The position numbers and the translations under genes were made by a program. DNA of 64,000 nt from the human T2T-CHM13v2.0 reference genome, Homo sapiens. This document shows, piece by piece, positions 58,828 through 64,000 of the stretch (positions are counted from its first letter, which is position 1; every line of letters starts with the position of its first letter). The notes below the pieces were generated by a model. It saw nothing but the letters and a program-made list of their open reading frames with translations, was not told the DNA's origin and made no database searches. The stretch lies in the NCBI RefSeq assembly GCF_009914755.1, contig NC_060929.1; one strand, written 5' to 3'.

Positions 58828-59640
58828 GTTTAATTTATTTCAGGTTCAAGCATACATGTGCAGGTTTGTTATACAGGTAAATTGCATATCATGGGGGTTT
58901 GGCATATAGATTATTTCACCACCCAGATGATAAGCATAGTATCTGAAAGGTAATTGCTTGATCTTCACCCTCCTCCCTACCTCTACCCTCAAGTATGCTC
59001 TGGTGTCTGTTGTTCCCTTCTTGGTGTCCATATGTACTCAATATTTAGCTCCAACTTACAAGAGATAACATGTATTTTGTTTTCTGTTTCAGTGTTAATT
59101 CACTTAGGACAATGGCCTGTAGCTCCATCCATGTTGCTGCCAAAGACATGAGAGCATTCTTTTTTATGGCCGTATAGTATTCCATGATGTATAGGTACCA
59201 CATTTTCTTTATCCAATCTACCGTTGATTGGCATTTAGGTTGATTCTATGACTTTGCTACTGTGAATAGTGCTGCAATGATCTACATGCATGTGTCTTTA
59301 TGGTAGAATGATTTATATTCCCTTGGGTATATGCCCAAGAATGGGATTACCAAGTTAAATGGTAGTTCTGTTTTAAGTTCCTTGAGAGAGCACCAAACTG
59401 CTTTCCACAATGGCTGCACTAACTTACATTCCCACCAGCAGTGTTTAATCATTCCCTTTTCTCCACAACTTCACCAGCATCAAGGTGGTGGCTTGACCTT
59501 TTGATAATAGCCATTCTGACTGGTGTAAGATAGTTTCTCCTTATGGTTTGATGTGCATTTCTCTAATGATTCATGATGTGGAGCAATTTATATGCTTGTT
59601 GACCATATGTATGTCTTCCTTTTAAAAGTGTCTGTTTATG
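58828..59640 (-). mobile_element. L1PA15/16-like 3' fragment
   Basis: 3'UTR 'caggtaaattgcatatcatgggggtttggcatatagattatttcaccacccag'. Confidence 0.85.
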
Positions 59641-60394
59641 ACATGTTATTTTATATTGGTGGAAGTCACTTGGATTTTCCAGACTTATAGAGAAGGAAAC
59701 TCTATAGCTGTTTTAGTTTTTTATTTTCTATTTAACTACTCCTATCATGCCATCATGTAAATCCTCCAGTGCTTAAAATTAAGCTTGGTGACTATTTTGC
59801 CATTCTTTACAGATAAGAATGATTTCATATTGAGATTTTGGTTACAAGACCCCTCATTTCATCTGTAAAATGAGAAGTTTGGACTAGATGATAATATAAA
59901 GTGTCTTCTAAGTCTAAGATGCTATAATTCATAGATATTACACTTAAATATTTTGTTCTTGTTTCCAACTAATCTTTCTAAACGTCAGAATTGGATAACA
60001 GATGTCAAAAATGTTCTGGGTCAAAGTTCAAGTCAAGTGGGAAGGTAAAGTCAGTGTTAATTTAGGTCTTGATCTTGTTGACCTGGTTGCAAGAGGAGCC
60101 TCAAATTATGTGGAAACCTTAATTATTAAAATTTACTCATCTCCATTGAGATGCTCCTGGAAATTCAGAAATAATGTTAAGAATTTCAAAAGAAGCCATA
60201 AATTTTGCCTAAAGAAAATGCCAAGGAGTGACTTTTTCATTTGAAGAAAAAGATAATTTTCTAAACAGGAATAAATTTCAAACTTTTGTGTTTTTTTCCC
60301 AGCATTCCAATGTCTACCAGAAATGTTTCTCTTTTTCACAAAGTATCTTTGCCACTGTTTAGATGGCAAGGAGAAGCAGAAAGGACAATGCTGA

Positions 60395-60630
60395 AGACAG
60401 AGTGTAGTAGTTAAGAACTTTTGCTCTGGGCTGGGATCAGTATTTGAGCCACTAAACTAATCTGTCACCTTGAGCAAGTCCTTTAACCTCCCTGACTATC
60501 ATGTTTCTCATCTGTAAAGTGTGTATAACAATAGTACTCATATAGCACTGCTTGAGCTCTAAATGAGGTAATATATGAAAAGTATATATCAGAGTCTGGC
60601 GCATTATCATTTGCTTCATAAATATTAGTC
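60395..60630 (+). mobile_element. MIR
   Basis: 'gtgtagtagttaagaac...accttgagcaagtcctttaacctccctg...tctcatctgtaaagtg'. Confidence 0.75.
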
Positions 60631-61044
60631 ATGACTCTATTACTATAATATTTGTAATATTCAACAAATATTTGAAAACAGAATAAATAATAAAATTTAA
60701 GAGTTTCTTCCTAGTATTCCCAATCCATCCCCTTCTCGCCTTCACACACATTGCTTGTTTAAAATGAGCTCCTTAAAACCAAAGCATACTTAGCAATGGA
60801 ACAGTATACCAGAAACTTCCAATCTGTTATGGATGATGTAAAATATGAAAAAGATGACTTTTTAATAGTTAATGAACTCCCTCTCCCAACGTATTTCCTA
60901 AAACTATGTTCTTTACTCTCTGCATTAAAATGTATTCATTTATTATATTCAGCGTATGCTGAATACAATATGAACTTAGCATTTTTTACTAAGACTGACA
61001 ACTACAATAAAAATACAGAGCCCTGTGTCTACCCTCAAAAAGCC

Positions 61045-61305
61045 TATAGCACAATGGTTAAGAGCATGGGCTTCAGAGTTATATAGACCTAGTTTCAAAT
61101 TCTGGCTTCCTTGTTTTATAGTTATGTAAACATGAGAAAATTGTTTATCAGCTCAGCCTTAATTTTCTTGGATATAAAATGTAAAACCCTCCTTGTATGT
61201 TCTTATGACTATAATTCATGTAACAATTATAAAGTAATTTTTGTAAAGCATAAATCAGAGTATCTAATATATAATAATCAACTGATTAATAGTTATTATC
61301 ATTAC
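61045..61305 (+). mobile_element. MIR
   Basis: 'tatagcacaatggttaagagcatgggcttcagag...agacctagtttcaaattctggcttc'. Confidence 0.7.
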
Positions 61306-61428
61306 TAAAATGTACTGTAGTACACAATTTTAAAATACCCATTTTAAAATTATTACATACTTACAATAAATATTACCATTTCTACCTCCTTATTAATCAA
61401 GCTAATCTAGCCTTATAGGCAGGGCTGT

Positions 61429-61440
61429 AACAACAGCAGC

Positions 61441-61477
<37 letters not shown>
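61429..61477. repeat. (CAA)n microsatellite
   Basis: aacaacagcagcaacaacaac...aacaa. Confidence 0.95.
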
Positions 61478-61478
<1 letters not shown>

Positions 61479-61824
61479 AAACCTGTCAAATAACAGCAGT
61501 TTAACACAATGAAATCTTATTTCTTGTTGACCTAAAGACTTCTGTAGTTCCAAACAACTCCTCAGGCCAGCTGTCTTTTATATTGTCATTCAAAAACACA
61601 GGTTGCCTTGCTTTTTAGTTGTCATGGTTCCCATCTACTGAACACAAGAAGACACTTCTGTGGGCCTAGAAGTGGAAAATTGGTATTGAGGAGCTCTAGT
61701 AATATCTTCCACAATCTTCTTCTCCCTAGTAGATTCTTGGGTATACATAGTAAAAATCTCATGATAAAATCAGAGAAATGCTGGCTCATAGAGAGAGATA
61801 GAGAAAATAAAATGGAATAAAGGA

Positions 61825-62229
61825 TTTCTCAGTTCATTTGTGTTGCTGTGAAGGAATACCTGAGGCTGGGTAATTTCTAAGGAAAAGGGTTTGGTTTTGT
61901 TGGCTCATGGTTCTGTAGGCTGTACAAGAAGCATGATACCAGTAACTGCTTCTGGTGAGGGCCTCAGGAAGCTTCCAATTATGGTGGAAGGGAAAGGAGA
62001 GGAGGCATCACATGGCAAGAGAGAAAGGGGGTGGGTTGTGTCATACTCTTTCTAACAACCAGTTCTCATGTGAACTAAGAGTGAGAGCTCATTCATAACT
62101 GCAAAGATGGCACCAAATCATGGAGGATGTGCTTTCATAGTCCAAACACCTCCTACAGGCCTCACCTCCAGCGCTGGGGATTAAATCTCAACATGAAATT
62201 TGGAGAAAACAAACATCTAGACTATATCA
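61825..62229 (-). mobile_element. MST (MaLR) solo LTR
   Basis: 'tgttgctgtgaaggaatacctgaggctgggtaattt...ggctcatggttctgtaggctgtacaagaagcatg...aaacatctagactatatca'. Confidence 0.88.
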
Positions 62230-63466
62230 CAGGGACAATTGCAGAGATGTTTTATTTTTTCATGCTAGCATCAATTTATGTTCTTTCTGTTTGTCCAGAG
62301 AGAGGGTTTGACTGAGAAAGTTAGTCTTGCTTATTGGAAAATGTGCCTTCATCATTTAACAGTGTGTTCCGTGGGCAAGGAAGGCAGAAGTGATGGCACA
62401 CCACATATTTGCCTTTCGTGGCTTAAGTAAAACTCGTGAGTATATTATTACTAAGTTATTATTTTGAACTATGTTTAGTATAAAAATGTCAAAGATACAT
62501 AAAATGAACAGTAAAATCAATTTTATGTGTCTGCCACAAAACATCAATATTTTGCTAATGCTATTTTATATTCATGCTTCCTATTTGTTTTTTTCTGTTA
62601 AATTTTAAAACATATCCCAGTGTGGTATCACTGGAATATGTTTGAAACACAACATGATCCAGTGTTGTATCACTTTACTACTTAATTTTGGTAGTTTTAA
62701 CTACTTTACTAATACTTATGTTAACATTACCTCCATGCCATTGTTGCATATAAATATAACAATAATTACCTGATGTCATCTAATTCCTAGTCCATGTTTG
62801 AATTTTTCTAATTATTTCAAAAATGTTCTTTTTGTCTACTCTTAAAATTCAAACGATAACCTAGAACCAGTTATAATATTTGATTATGTGTCCTTAGTCT
62901 GCTTTATCTTATAAATCTCTATTCAATTTTTATGTCATTGATTTGTTGGAGAAATTAGATCACTTGTCCTGCTGAATGTTGTACATTTTGAATTTACCTG
63001 TTCCCTCATGGTTTGGCTAATCTTATGTTTTTACCCTATAAGCTTGTAGGTAGATATAAAGGATTGATTCAATTGAGAGTCCATTCATTTGTGGAATATA
63101 TGTATTTTATTTTTGCTTAAGTTTTACATTTCAGGAATTTATTTTTAAAGTTTTCCTAAGGACATCTTGCCTTGAATAATGTTGGCACAGATTTTATTAT
63201 ACTAACATTTCTGCTACTAACAATTATAAATGTCAAACAAGACATATAAAATAGTTATTTGAAAGCATAGGATACAAGCAGGCAGATACTTGAGGGAATA
63301 AAATGATTGAAAAAAAGGAAATATACTAGTTGCAATCCATATTTACATGTTTTTCCCCCACTCTCAACAACGGCTGGAAATTGAAAAAGGAATCCAGAAA
63401 AATAGGAAGTCCACAAAAGGTAGAAACTCCAAAATCTGCATACATATTCTCTGCATACATCAAATC

Positions 63467-63876
63467 TTTCATGCGCATCTGTGTGAAGAGACCACCAAAC
63501 AGGCTTTGTGTGAGCAACAAGGCTGCTTATTTCACCTGGGTACAGGTGGGCTGAGTCCGAAAAGAGAGTCAGCGAAGGGAGATAGGGGTGGGACTGTTTT
63601 ATGAGATTTGGGTAGGTAAAGGAAAATTATAGTCTAAGGGGGATTGTGCTCTGGCGGGCAGGAGTGGGGGTCACAAGGTGCTCTGTAGGGGAGTTTTTGA
63701 GCCAGGATGAGCCAGAAGGAATTTCACAAGATAATGTCATCAGTTAAGGCAGGAACAGGCCATTTTCACTTCTTTTGTAGTGGAATGTCATCAGTTAAGG
63801 CAGGAACTGACCATCTGGATGTGTACTGCAGGTCACAGGGGATATGATGGCTTAGCTTGGGCTCAGAGACCTGACA
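63467..63876 (-). mobile_element. HERV-H 3' LTR (LTR7)
   Basis: Reverse complement reads TGTCAGGTCTCTGAGCCCAAGCTAAGCCATC...TCTTCACACAGATGCGCATGAAA, with two copies of the U3 repeat ttcctgccttaactgatgacatt. Confidence 0.95.
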
Positions 63877-64000
63877 TTCCTGTCTTCTTATATTAATAAG
63901 AAAAATAAAAAGAAATAGTGGTAAAGTGTTGGGACGATGAAAATTTTTGGGGGTGGTATGGAGAGATAATGGGCGATGTTTCTCAGGGCTGCTTCCAGCG
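63877..64000 (-). mobile_element. HERV-H internal 3' end with polypurine tract; provirus continues beyond the window
   Basis: Minus-strand AAGAAGACAGGAA abuts the LTR; HERV-H-like internal sequence runs to the window edge. Confidence 0.88.

Overview
This is repeat-dominated human genomic DNA; the human assignment rests on L1HS-Ta diagnostic bases plus AluY, LTR12 and HERV-H LTR7. I recognise no cellular protein-coding exon, RNA gene or CRISPR array. The long ORFs are LINE-1 ORF1/ORF2 remnants, and most short ORFs are antisense reads of L1, Alu or LTR sequence. Main architecture: (1) 2.6-19.5 kb is a nested L1 stack: a full-length L1MA-type host contains a young 5'-truncated L1HS Ta-0 with a 20-bp TSD, an L1PA15/16 that itself contains a twin-primed 5'-inverted L1PA7/8, a mini-MADE1 and an internally deleted Alu. 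(2) 19.8-25.4 kb is the 5' half of an old L1 with an L1PA4-like insert. (3) 26-39 kb is older DNA with LTR16, MER1B, an ERVL gag remnant, Alus, MIR and L2. (4) 39.3-48.7 kb is a Charlie1 DNA transposon split by a near full-length L1PA7/8 whose 5'UTR carries a solo LTR12. (5) 50.6-51.25 kb is a unique CpG-rich promoter-like segment. (6) The 3' LTR7 and PPT of a minus-strand HERV-H provirus lie at the right edge. I found no convincing new biological system. The best leads are the probably polymorphic L1HS Ta-0 and the two ERV promoters that point convergently at the CpG-rich segment. Subfamily calls come from remembered consensus sequences read by eye, and boundaries without TSDs are approximate.
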